The translations under genes and the position numbers were made by a program. From assembly GCA_017468095.1 (NCBI GenBank), contig JAFUJN010000125.1:1-41399 (forward strand): 41,399 nucleotides of DNA. The letters run 5' to 3'. The stretch is from Clostridia bacterium (GTDB lineage Bacteria; Bacillota; Clostridia; UBA1381). Below are positions 9,696 through 17,145 of the stretch, piece after piece. The notes under the pieces are model-generated. The model saw only the letters and a program-made list of their open reading frames with translations, was not told where the DNA came from and did not search any database. The stretch's first letter is position 1; every line of letters starts with the position of its first letter.

Positions 9696-10742
9696 ATGTC
9701 AGACATATCAAAAATAGATAAAAATTTTGCGGTAAAAACCAATATTGAAAAGGACGGCATTATCTTTTACAATATTGATGAACAGCCGTTTAAGATACAT
9801 GGTGTTTTTAAATCAAACGGAAGGTATCGCAGAATGCCTGAAAATGTTGCCAAAGGAGTTAGTGAAGGTGTATATAGACTTCACACTAATACCGCGGGTG
9901 GTAGAGTCAGGTTTATTACAGACAGTCCTTGTGTAGCAATTATTGCAAAGCTTGACGGATTGGAGAAAATGCCTCATATGGCAATGACCGGAGCAAGAGG
10001 GTTTGACGTATATGCTGATAATGATTACGTAAAAACATTTATTCCACCATTTGATATGAAAGACGGATATGAAAGCATAATTGATTTTGAAACTAATAAA
10101 TTGAAGGAAATAACTATCAATTTCCCTTTATACAGCAATGTAAAAGAAGTGTATATAGGCTTACAAAAAAATTCTGTCTTAAAAGAAGCTACACCGTATA
10201 AGAACGCAAAGCCTATCGTGTTTTACGGTTCGTCTATTACTCAGGGTGGATGTGCATCCAGGTCCGGAATGAGTTATCAGGCTATTGTTTCAAGAAGGTT
10301 TAATTGCGACTTTGTTAATCTGGGCTTTTCAGGTAATGCCAGAGCAGAAGACGAGATAGCTGAATATATCAAAAATTTGGATATGTCACTTTTTGTTTAT
10401 GATTATGATTATAATGCCCCAACGGTAGAACATCTTGAGAGAACTCACGAAAAGATGTTCAAGGCTATACGAAATAAAAATCCCGAGCTTCCAATTATTA
10501 TAATGTCCAGACCAAGATTTAATCTTACAGATGAAGAAGAGCAAAGGCTGGCTATTATTGAAACTACATATACAAATGCAATTTCGTCAGGCGATGAAAA
10601 TGTGTATTTTATCAACGGGAAAACGCTTACAAGCCTGTGCGGTAACGAAGGAACAGTTGATGGTTGCCATCCCACTGATTTCGGATTTGCTTCTATGGCT
10701 AAGGCGTTGGGAGATGTTATTGAAAAAAATAACTGCATATAG
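9696..10742 (+). CDS. SGNH/GDSL-type hydrolase (esterase/acetylesterase-like)
   Basis: Block I is VFYGSSITQGG. Block V is DGCHPTD (DxxH). The ATG at 9696 is preceded by AAGGGAG (9681-9687). The 23-codon extension from GTG 9627 is rejected. Confidence 0.8.
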   Translation: MSDISKIDKNFAVKTNIEKDGIIFYNIDEQPFKIHGVFKSNGRYRRMPENVAKGVSEGVYRLHTNTAGGRVRFITDSPCVAIIAKLDGLEKMPHMAMTGARGFDVYADNDYVKTFIPPFDMKDGYESIIDFETNKLKEITINFPLYSNVKEVYIGLQKNSVLKEATPYKNAKPIVFYGSSITQGGCASRSGMSYQAIVSRRFNCDFVNLGFSGNARAEDEIAEYIKNLDMSLFVYDYDYNAPTVEHLERTHEKMFKAIRNKNPELPIIIMSRPRFNLTDEEEQRLAIIETTYTNAISSGDENVYFINGKTLTSLCGNEGTVDGCHPTDFGFASMAKALGDVIEKNNCI

Positions 10743-10809
10743 ATTGTTCAATCGTTTTGTACAATGTGCAAAACGTAATGAATAATGAAGTCGCTACGCT
10801 GATGAATAT

Positions 10810-10876
10810 TGAATAATGAAAAATTAATGAAGAAAATCGCAAGCGGCGATTTTCAACCAAAATTATTCATCATTCA
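10810..10876 (+). repeat. Long AT-rich imperfect hairpin with a GC-clamped apex (possible weak terminator of the SGNH gene)
   Basis: The apex is GAAAATCGC-AAGCG-GCGATTTTC (10833-10855). Flanks TGAATAATGAAAAATT (10810-10825) and AATTATTCATCATTCA (10861-10876) are complementary at 14 of 16 positions. The TGAATAATGAA motif also occurs at 10778. Confidence 0.5.
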
Positions 10877-10892
10877 TTATTAATTATTCATT

Positions 10893-10917
10893 TGTAGTCA
10901 GTGGCACATTGACTACA
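10893..10917. promoter_or_regulatory. Palindrome TGTAGTCA-N9-TGACTACA overlapping the luxS -35 (candidate operator)
   Basis: Perfect 8-bp arms at 10893-10900 and 10910-10917. The right arm overlaps TTGACT at 10909-10914. Confidence 0.35.
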
Positions 10918-10937
10918 TCGTTCACTCATTTTAAAAT
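10909..10937 (+). promoter_or_regulatory. Sigma-A type promoter for the luxS operon
   Basis: TTGACT (10909-10914) - 17 nt - TAAAAT (10932-10937). The ATG at 10970 is preceded by AAAGGAAG. Confidence 0.55.
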
Positions 10938-10969
10938 ATCTTCGTGTATTTGAAAGGAAGAAATTTACT

Positions 10970-11422
10970 ATGGATATAACCAAAAATGCCAGCTTTACAG
11001 TTGACCACAGAAAATTTGGCGAAGGCCTTTACATCTCCCGAATTGACGGCGATGTTGTAACCTACGATATGCGCACCCGTCGCCCAAACGCAGGCGATTA
11101 TATGGATAACATCACTATGCACACCTTTGAGCATATGTTCTCCACATATATAAGAAATTCAGGATTAGACGTAATCTATTTCGGCCCGATGGGTTGCCAG
11201 ACAGGGTTCTATCTTTTGGTGCGAAATGCGGATAACGGCAAGGTTTTAGAAGAAATTAAGCTTGCTTGCCAGAAGATTATTGACCACGATGGCGAAGTTT
11301 TTGGCGCATCGGAAGAAGAATGCGGAAACTACAAGAGTCTTGACCTTGAAACCGCAAAAATCGAAGCAAAAAGATACCTTGAAGTTTTAAATAAAGACGA
11401 AATTACTTTCAAGTATTTTTAA
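10970..11422 (+). CDS. luxS: S-ribosylhomocysteine lyase LuxS
   Basis: 150 aa. Metal site HTFEH plus MGCQTGFY. N-terminal FTVDHRK. Confidence 0.93.
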   Translation: MDITKNASFTVDHRKFGEGLYISRIDGDVVTYDMRTRRPNAGDYMDNITMHTFEHMFSTYIRNSGLDVIYFGPMGCQTGFYLLVRNADNGKVLEEIKLACQKIIDHDGEVFGASEEECGNYKSLDLETAKIEAKRYLEVLNKDEITFKYF

Positions 11423-11437
11423 AAAGGAGTTTTTAAA

Positions 11438-11989
11438 ATGGAATTTTATAAAGTAACTTTAAACGGAAAAGAATACGGACTGCCAATCGTTGAAATCAAG
11501 CCTGGCCTTTCCATCGCCGTACTTGATATGCTTTCATCAAAGGCACTTTCTCACGATGCAAGCTATGCGGTTATTGAAAAAATCAAAGAGTCAGGCCTTG
11601 ACCTTTCAAAGGTTGACGTGGTTTTATCTGCCGAAACAAAGGGCATCACCCTTGCATATCAGGTGGCAGAGTATATCGACTGCGAAATGGTAATATTACG
11701 AAAAGAACAGAAGATTTATTATAAGGACGTAACAAAAGCACCTGTTGATACATACACAACCAAAAATCCACACTATCTGTACCTTGAAAACGGTCAGATT
11801 CCAAAGCTTTCGGGCAAAAACGTGCTTATTGTGGATGACGTTGTTTCAACAGGATCATCACTTCGTGCTATTGAGTCTATCGTAGAAGAAGTTGGCGGAA
11901 ATGTGTACGGCAAGGCATTCGTTTTCGCAGAAGGCGATGCTGCAAAACGTGACGATGTTATCTTCGTGGATGCGCTTCCACTTTTATAA
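11438..11989 (+). CDS. Type I phosphoribosyltransferase family protein (adenine/purine PRTase-like)
   Basis: 183 aa. PRPP-binding loop VLIVDDVVSTGSSL. It sits between luxS and mtnN. Confidence 0.75.
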   Translation: MEFYKVTLNGKEYGLPIVEIKPGLSIAVLDMLSSKALSHDASYAVIEKIKESGLDLSKVDVVLSAETKGITLAYQVAEYIDCEMVILRKEQKIYYKDVTKAPVDTYTTKNPHYLYLENGQIPKLSGKNVLIVDDVVSTGSSLRAIESIVEEVGGNVYGKAFVFAEGDAAKRDDVIFVDALPLL

Positions 11990-12004
11990 TCGGAGGAAAT
12001 CAAA

Positions 12005-12691
12005 ATGATTGGAATTATAGGTGCTATGGATATTGAGGTTGAAAAGATAAAAGGCTTTTTGACCGACATCTCCACCGAAACTATAAGCGGAGTGAATTTT
12101 GTCCGCGGAAAATTTGATGGTAAAGACATTGTTGTGGCAAAATGCGGGGTAGGAAAAGTTTTTGCAGGGCTTTGCGCAGAAGCTATGATTTTAAAGTATG
12201 CCCCGGAGCTTATCATAAACGTTGGCGTTGCGGGTTGCCTTGATGAAACCCTGAAAATCGGCGACATCGTTATTGCGGATAACGTTTGCCAGCACGATAT
12301 GGATACTTCCCCTCTGGGTGACCCTATCGGGATGCTGTCCGACATAAATATTATAAAATTCCCTGCAGATAAAAAGGCCTGTGAGCTATTTGCAGATTGC
12401 GCAAAGGAGCTGTGCCTTCCATACAGCATCGGAACTATCGCATCAGGTGACCAGTTCGTTTCATCTGCCGATAAAAAGAAATTTATTACCGACAATTTCG
12501 GCGCAAAATCCTGCGAAATGGAAGGCGGTGCAATCGGCCACGTTTGCTATGTGAATAACGTGCCATTTGCGGTGCTTCGTGCTATGAGTGACGGTGCGGA
12601 TGACGGTGCAAAGATGGATTTTCCAACCTTTGCAAAAATGGCGGCGGAAAATTCTACACGTGTAATTAAGACATTTCTTTCAAAATTTTAA
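12005..12691 (+). CDS. mtnN: 5'-methylthioadenosine/S-adenosylhomocysteine nucleosidase
   Basis: 228 aa. MIGIIGAMDIEVE start. SGDQFV. CEMEGGAIGHV. RAMSD motifs typical of Pfs/MtnN. Confidence 0.93.
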   Translation: MIGIIGAMDIEVEKIKGFLTDISTETISGVNFVRGKFDGKDIVVAKCGVGKVFAGLCAEAMILKYAPELIINVGVAGCLDETLKIGDIVIADNVCQHDMDTSPLGDPIGMLSDINIIKFPADKKACELFADCAKELCLPYSIGTIASGDQFVSSADKKKFITDNFGAKSCEMEGGAIGHVCYVNNVPFAVLRAMSDGADDGAKMDFPTFAKMAAENSTRVIKTFLSKF

Positions 12692-12703
12692 GGAGCATCA
12701 AAA

Positions 12704-13240
12704 ATGGATTTTACAGAAAAGACAATAGCAACAAGAGAAATTTATAAAGGCAGAATTGTTCACCTTGTGGAAGACACCGTAATTCTTCCTGATGGAAGAC
12801 AGGCAGGGCGTGAGCTTATTCTTCATAACGGTGGCGTTGGCGTTATCGCCATTGACGAAGACAAAAACGTTCTTATGGTAACACAGTATCGAAAGCCTTA
12901 TGACGAAATGGTTTTGGAAGTGCCTGCGGGAAAATTGGAAAAGGGCGAAGACCCATTTGAAGCAGGTATGCGAGAACTTCAGGAAGAAACAGGCTACAAG
13001 GCAGAAAAAGTCACATACCTTGGAAAATACTACCCGACACCTGGCTACTGTAGCGAAATAATTTCGCTATACTTAGCAGAAGACCTTTCTTTTGTGGGAC
13101 AAAACCTTGACGAGGGCGAGTTTGTGATAGTTGAAAAAATCCCGCTTGCTAAATTGGTGGAAATGGTTATGAACAACGAAATCCCTGACGGAAAAACTGC
13201 ACTTGCAATCTTGAAAGCGGATAAAATTGTGAATGGATAA
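12704..13240 (+). CDS. Nudix hydrolase (ADP-ribose pyrophosphatase-like)
   Basis: Nudix box GKLEKGEDPFEAGMRELQEETGY. The 178-aa size and layout resemble NudF/YqkG. Confidence 0.85.
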   Translation: MDFTEKTIATREIYKGRIVHLVEDTVILPDGRQAGRELILHNGGVGVIAIDEDKNVLMVTQYRKPYDEMVLEVPAGKLEKGEDPFEAGMRELQEETGYKAEKVTYLGKYYPTPGYCSEIISLYLAEDLSFVGQNLDEGEFVIVEKIPLAKLVEMVMNNEIPDGKTALAILKADKIVNG

Positions 13241-13242
13241 TT

Positions 13243-13270
13243 AAAAAGCACCCGTCTGGGTGCTTTTTTA
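13243..13270. terminator. Bidirectional intrinsic terminator after the Nudix gene
   Basis: AAAAAGCACCC-GTCT-GGGTGCTTTTTT, with A-run and T-run flanks on both sides. Confidence 0.8.
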
Positions 13271-13321
13271 GTTTGCAGAGCACAAATAGATTCTCTACGC
13301 ACAACAAATGTGGCGATATGA

Positions 13322-13393
13322 CATTGTAGGGGAGGGTCTCTGCGCCCTCCCGAAGAAATAAACGGGCGGGGATGGAACCCCGCCCCTACAATG
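13322..13393. repeat. GC-rich composite palindrome (three-way-junction fold), REP-like element
   Basis: Outer arms are CATTGTAGGGG (13322-13332) and CCCCTACAATG (13383-13393). Inner hairpins are GGGAGGG-N8-CCCTCCC (13330-13351) and GGGCGGGG-ATGGAA-CCCCGCCC (13364-13385). It is visibly far more GC-rich than the flanking intergenic DNA. Confidence 0.6.
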
Positions 13394-13429
13394 CCTCCCC
13401 TTTTGGCAAGGGGAAGGCTTTTTTATTTT
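13393..13429 (+). terminator. Plus-strand intrinsic terminator adjoining the GC-rich element
   Basis: GCCTCCCCTT-TTGGC-AAGGGGAAGGC (about 10 bp with one bulge) followed by TTTTTTATTTT. There is no U-tract in the minus-strand sense. Confidence 0.6.
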
Positions 13430-13432
13430 CTT

Positions 13433-13954
13433 TTACTTTTCAAATAATCTTCTTGCCTTTAAAAACAGCAATACCAATATCGCCACCGAGATTATGAACT
13501 CAGGTACCATATATGTAGCCTGATACACAAGGGAGTATATCCACGGGTTTTGACCCTCCGGCGCATATTCTGCAAAAAGCACCGCTCCTGACACAAGTGA
13601 AGATGCAAATCTTCCTGCAACACCAACTGTGCACCCTGTGATAAGTCCCGACAAATTCTTTTTGAAAAGTCCTGCAAGACCCAAAAGTCCAAAGGCTAAA
13701 ACATAGTCCAAAAGAATTGACATCGGGTGATATACAACACCTGCAATTAAAAGGGAAAGCACGCCGTAAATTGCGCCGCATGCGCATCCTGCCACCCATC
13801 CTGAGCGGATGGCAATTAAGAGAATCGGCACCATAGTTAAGGCAACCGAGCCACCCTGTGGCATTTCCCACACCTTGATAAAACTGCAGACCACCGCCAT
13901 TGCTACGGCTACTGCGATTTCGGTAAGTTTTCTTGTTTTCGTCATATCTGACAC
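13433..13954 (-). CDS. thiT: Energy-coupling-factor thiamine transporter S component ThiT
   Basis: 173-aa, six-TM protein, MSDMTKTRKLTEIAVAVAMAVVCSFIKVWEMPQGGSVAL.... It is preceded by a TPP riboswitch. AAAAGGAG SD. Confidence 0.88.
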   Translation of the reverse strand: MSDMTKTRKLTEIAVAVAMAVVCSFIKVWEMPQGGSVALTMVPILLIAIRSGWVAGCACGAIYGVLSLLIAGVVYHPMSILLDYVLAFGLLGLAGLFKKNLSGLITGCTVGVAGRFASSLVSGAVLFAEYAPEGQNPWIYSLVYQATYMVPEFIISVAILVLLFLKARRLFEK

Positions 13955-13989
13955 TCCTTTTGTATTTTATTTGACGAATAACTTCCCAA

Positions 13990-14030
13990 TATTTAAAAGA
14001 AAAAGCATACCCAAAAGGATATGCTTTTAA
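13990..14030 (-). terminator. Riboswitch expression-platform terminator
   Basis: Minus sense reads AAAAGCATATCC-TTTT-GGGTATGCTTTT followed by TCTTTT. One G.U pair forms only in the minus sense. Confidence 0.75.
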
Positions 14031-14044
14031 AATTCTTATTTTTT

Positions 14045-14140
14045 AGAATCCCTACGCTGGCATTATCCATATCAGGTTATAGGGTCGGAACTAAAATTTC
14101 CCTCTCAGCCTGTTCACAAGCTCCCCTTCTATTATTCATC
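14045..14140 (-). promoter_or_regulatory. TPP (THI-box) riboswitch
   Basis: Minus sense reads GGGGAGC..GGCTGAGAGGGAA..GACCCTATAACCTGATATGGATAATGCCAGCGTAGGGA. It contains the conserved CTGAGA and ACCTGAT..GGATAATGCCAGCG..GGGA cores. Confidence 0.92.
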
Positions 14141-14147
14141 TGCCGTT

Positions 14148-14176
14148 ATTTTACCACCAATTTTTCCCTTTGTCAA
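14148..14176 (-). promoter_or_regulatory. Near-consensus sigma-A promoter (extended -10) driving the TPP riboswitch and thiT
   Basis: Minus strand reads TTGACA (14171-14176) - 17 nt ending in TGg - TAAAAT (14148-14153). The -35 overlaps the TGA stop (14173-14175) of the sigma-factor gene. Confidence 0.65.
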
Positions 14177-14892
14177 GCGTTATCCGTAAGGTAAATATCA
14201 CGGAATTTCTGGGTCACCTTTTTCTCCATTCGGGATATATACATTTGCGACACTCCCCACTTTTTCGCAAGCTCTTTCTGGGTTATGCCGTTATGAAAAC
14301 GCTCGTTAAAAAGCTCCGCTTCACGCTCTGTCATTTTTGACATACAATAGTCCAGAAAATCCCTGTTTTCTATCAGGGTAAACCCGTCATCGTCAAAGCC
14401 AATCATCCCTGACACGCTAAGACCACCATCGGTATAGGCGTCGTCTTCCAATGACTGTATAAACGCCGTAGCGCCTACGCGGTCTGCCTCAACCACGGTT
14501 TCCCTTGGCATATCAAGTAGCTGGGCGATTTCGTCAATGGACAGGTTCTCCTGCTGTCTTTTCAAGGTTTCTGCACGGCAAAAAATCTCGTAAAGACGTC
14601 TTGGAATTTTGATTGAGCCTGCCTTATCCCGCAAAAATTTTCGCAGTTCGCCCAAAACTGTTGGGGTTGCAAAGGTGGCAAACTGCACTCCGCGGTCAGG
14701 GTCAAACCTTTCAACAGACAGCATCAAGCCCATACAGGCAACCTGATAAAGATCGTCATAATCAACACCGCTTCTCACAAACTTATACGCCAGAATTTTC
14801 GCCATATATGTATATTTTATAATAAGCTCGTCACGGATTTTCTTGTCGCCGGTTTCTTTATATTCTTTAAATAGTTCGTATTCTCCTGGCAT
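14173..14892 (-). CDS. Sigma-70 family RNA polymerase sigma factor, group 3 (SigB/F/G - FliA/WhiG-like)
   Basis: Region 2 is DDLYQVACMGLMLSVERFDPDRGVQFATFATPTVLGELRKFLRD. Region 4.2 HTH is ITQKELAKKWGVSQMYISRMEKK. The ATG at 14892 lies 8 nt after GGAG. The alternative GTG at 14901 overlaps the upstream stop (GTGA). Confidence 0.85.
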   Translation of the reverse strand: MPGEYELFKEYKETGDKKIRDELIIKYTYMAKILAYKFVRSGVDYDDLYQVACMGLMLSVERFDPDRGVQFATFATPTVLGELRKFLRDKAGSIKIPRRLYEIFCRAETLKRQQENLSIDEIAQLLDMPRETVVEADRVGATAFIQSLEDDAYTDGGLSVSGMIGFDDDGFTLIENRDFLDYCMSKMTEREAELFNERFHNGITQKELAKKWGVSQMYISRMEKKVTQKFRDIYLTDNA

Positions 14893-14897
14893 TTTTA

Positions 14898-15527
14898 TCA
14901 CTCCAGACCCAAAAGGTACCTTCCAAAGCGTACCCCGTTTTCTTGGCGTGTTTTTTCCACTTCATCTTCCTGATGACCCTCAAAAAGTTTAACCACGCCT
15001 AAATAAAGCCCATCGGTGTCAATACCAAGTGCTGTAAGTTTTTCATTATCCTTAAGGCTTACAAGATATTCGTCTGCGTTTCCGCCTGCCCAAACATCTG
15101 TGCTTTCCAAAATTTCGCTTTCAATAAGAGTGTCCGCATAGGCATCCGACACAATAAACACATACGCTTCCGGCATTGTGATTTCCACAGTAAACCTTGC
15201 ATAGCCTGCCTGAATTGTCTGGGCGTCGCTTTGCTCGTTCATAGAAATCGGCAGAATAAACGCCTCGTTTACGCCGTTTCCTGTGGCATCTGAAATAACT
15301 TCTTCCGCAAGAGCGGTTATGGCATCTGTCTGGCTTAATGCAAGTGCGTTTTCGGTTACTGCGGTAATCTGCAAGTCATAGCTCGGTCGGTTTGCACACT
15401 GCTGAAATGTTGTCACCACCGTAAAAATTATAAAAAGCACACACACGATATGCCATTTATAATACTCCCAGACATATCCCCACCATTTTGCTGTGAATTT
15501 CTTTGGTTTTTCTCCGTAAACTTCCAT
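14898..15527 (-). CDS. Uncharacterised single-pass membrane protein (short cytoplasmic N-terminus, one TM, ~165-aa acidic ectodomain)
   Basis: 209 aa. TM segment IVCVLFIIFTVVTTF. GGAAGGA SD before the ATG at 15527. No motif I recognise. Translationally coupled to the downstream sigma gene. Confidence 0.6.
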   Translation of the reverse strand: MEVYGEKPKKFTAKWWGYVWEYYKWHIVCVLFIIFTVVTTFQQCANRPSYDLQITAVTENALALSQTDAITALAEEVISDATGNGVNEAFILPISMNEQSDAQTIQAGYARFTVEITMPEAYVFIVSDAYADTLIESEILESTDVWAGGNADEYLVSLKDNEKLTALGIDTDGLYLGVVKLFEGHQEDEVEKTRQENGVRFGRYLLGLE

Positions 15528-15577
15528 CGTAAATTAAAGTCCTTCCGTATTTTATTTGCACATTTAAAATACTTCCC

Positions 15578-16984
15578 TTATCTGTCCTTGTAGAATGCTT
15601 TATATGCCTTATATGCCATATAAATATCACCTTTATGGGTAACTTCAAACGGTGAATGCATTGAAAGAACAGGCACTCCGCAATCGATTACGTCCATATT
15701 CATATTGGCAACATACATAGCGATAGTTCCGCCGCCGCCCTGGTCGATTTTTCCAAGCTCACAGGTCTGCCAGATTACTTCGTTATCGTTCAGGATTGTG
15801 GCAATTTCGCGGACAAATTCGCTTGATGCATCAGATGCGCCTGATTTTCCGCGTGAGCCTGTATATTTCATAAGCGCAAGGCCACGGCCTGCAAAGGATG
15901 AGTTCTGTGGCTCGAACGCACTCTCATAATTCGGGTCAACCGCCGCTGATACGTCACTTGACATACAAGCAGAATTTCTTATAACCTTGTTGAAAGTTAC
16001 CATATCGTTTTTGCCTGAAACCTTTTCTACAAGTTCCAAAGTCGCCATTTCAAAGAACTTTGAAAGCATACCTGTGTTACCTGTTGAGCCGATTTCTTCC
16101 TTGTCAACCAATAGGCACATAGCGGTTTTGTTTGGCACTTTAACATCCAAAATGCTCTTTAGTGCGGTAAATGCACAAACTCTGTCATCCTGACCGTAAC
16201 CGCCCACAAATGCGCTGTCTATGCCAACATTTCTTGACTTTCCGCTAGGGACAATTTCAAGCTCTGCTGATAAAAATGATTCTTCGGTAATGCCGTAAGA
16301 AATGTTCAAAATATTTAGTATATTACACTTTACGCTGTCATCAATATCGGAATCGTTAACGCCCATTCCGCCGACCAAAACGTTAAGAGCTTCGCCCTCG
16401 ATTGCTTCCCCAAGCTTTTTCGCCATCTGGTCCTTTGCCAAGTGTGGTAAAAGGTCGGTTATGCAGAAAACAGGGTCGTTTTCATTTTCGCCGATTGTGA
16501 TTTCTACCTGCTCACCATCTTTTGTATAGCAAACGCCGTGAATTGCAAGTGGCACAGTTGTCCACTGATACTTCTTAATTCCGCCGTAGTAATGGGTTTT
16601 TAGAAGTGCCATATCCTTTGACTGATAAAGGGGATTCTGCTTTAAATCAAGTCTTGGCGCATCAATATGAGCACCAACTATGTTGATGCCATTTTCAATA
16701 TCTTCTTCACCGATAATCGCAAGGATAATGTTCTTTTTGCGGTTTGTAAAGTATACGCGGTCGCCAGCCTTTAGGCTGTCTGTTTCTGAGAATGGCACAA
16801 AACCATTCTTTTCCGCCATTTCTATAGCAATTTTTACACATTCACGTTCAGTTTTGCCATTATCCAAAAACTCTCTGTATTCATCCGCCAAATCCATCAT
16901 TTCACGTCTTTGGTCAGGTGTAATTTCGTCATGTACCTTTTTTGTTTTATATTTAAGCTTTGTATAAATATCTTTCTGGTCCAT
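15578..16984 (-). CDS. M18-family aminopeptidase (aminopeptidase 1-like)
   Basis: 468 aa. VGAHIDAPR, GQDDRVC and MHSPFE motifs typical of M18/M42 metallo-aminopeptidases. Confidence 0.88.
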   Translation of the reverse strand: MDQKDIYTKLKYKTKKVHDEITPDQRREMMDLADEYREFLDNGKTERECVKIAIEMAEKNGFVPFSETDSLKAGDRVYFTNRKKNIILAIIGEEDIENGINIVGAHIDAPRLDLKQNPLYQSKDMALLKTHYYGGIKKYQWTTVPLAIHGVCYTKDGEQVEITIGENENDPVFCITDLLPHLAKDQMAKKLGEAIEGEALNVLVGGMGVNDSDIDDSVKCNILNILNISYGITEESFLSAELEIVPSGKSRNVGIDSAFVGGYGQDDRVCAFTALKSILDVKVPNKTAMCLLVDKEEIGSTGNTGMLSKFFEMATLELVEKVSGKNDMVTFNKVIRNSACMSSDVSAAVDPNYESAFEPQNSSFAGRGLALMKYTGSRGKSGASDASSEFVREIATILNDNEVIWQTCELGKIDQGGGGTIAMYVANMNMDVIDCGVPVLSMHSPFEVTHKGDIYMAYKAYKAFYKDR

Positions 16985-17038
16985 AGTATATTCCTTTCAA
17001 TTAACATCTTTAATAATAATTATAACATATTTTGCGAT

Positions 17039-17060
17039 ATTGTCTATTGTTTTAGACAAT
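17039..17060. promoter_or_regulatory. Palindrome ATTGTCTA-N6-TAGACAAT in the divergent promoter region (candidate operator)
   Basis: Perfect 8-bp arms at 17039-17046 and 17053-17060. On the minus strand TAGACA - 17 nt (ending TGt) - TATAAT forms a plausible aminopeptidase promoter whose -35 lies in the palindrome. Confidence 0.35.
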
Positions 17061-17074
17061 TTTTTGCAAAAATA

Positions 17075-17103
17075 TTGATAATGCCTGCAATTTGTGATAT
17101 AAT
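17075..17103 (+). promoter_or_regulatory. Sigma-A type promoter (extended -10) for the ogg, Cys-rich ORF and fba genes
   Basis: TTGATA (17075-17080) - 17 nt ending in TGa - TATAAT (17098-17103). Confidence 0.55.
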
Positions 17104-17145
17104 TAACGTGTATGAATTTTTGTGTTGGGGAAATGAAGTTTGCCT

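Noticed and set aside
11794-12495. 233-aa ORF antisense to the PRTase and mtnN genes
   Set aside because: It is a Ser/Pro/Ile-rich low-complexity translation with no SD. It fully overlaps two well-supported genes on the other strand. This is a typical shadow ORF.
13322-13393. tRNA or tRNA-like element in the GC-rich palindrome
   Set aside because: There is no T-loop (GTTCRA) or D-loop signature and no acceptor/anticodon geometry. The arms are simple G/C-run hairpins.
13492-13871. Alternate-frame ORFs (66 and 123 aa) inside thiT
   Set aside because: They are in the same region as a membrane protein whose identity is corroborated by the TPP riboswitch. The alternate frames are Cys/Arg-rich noise.
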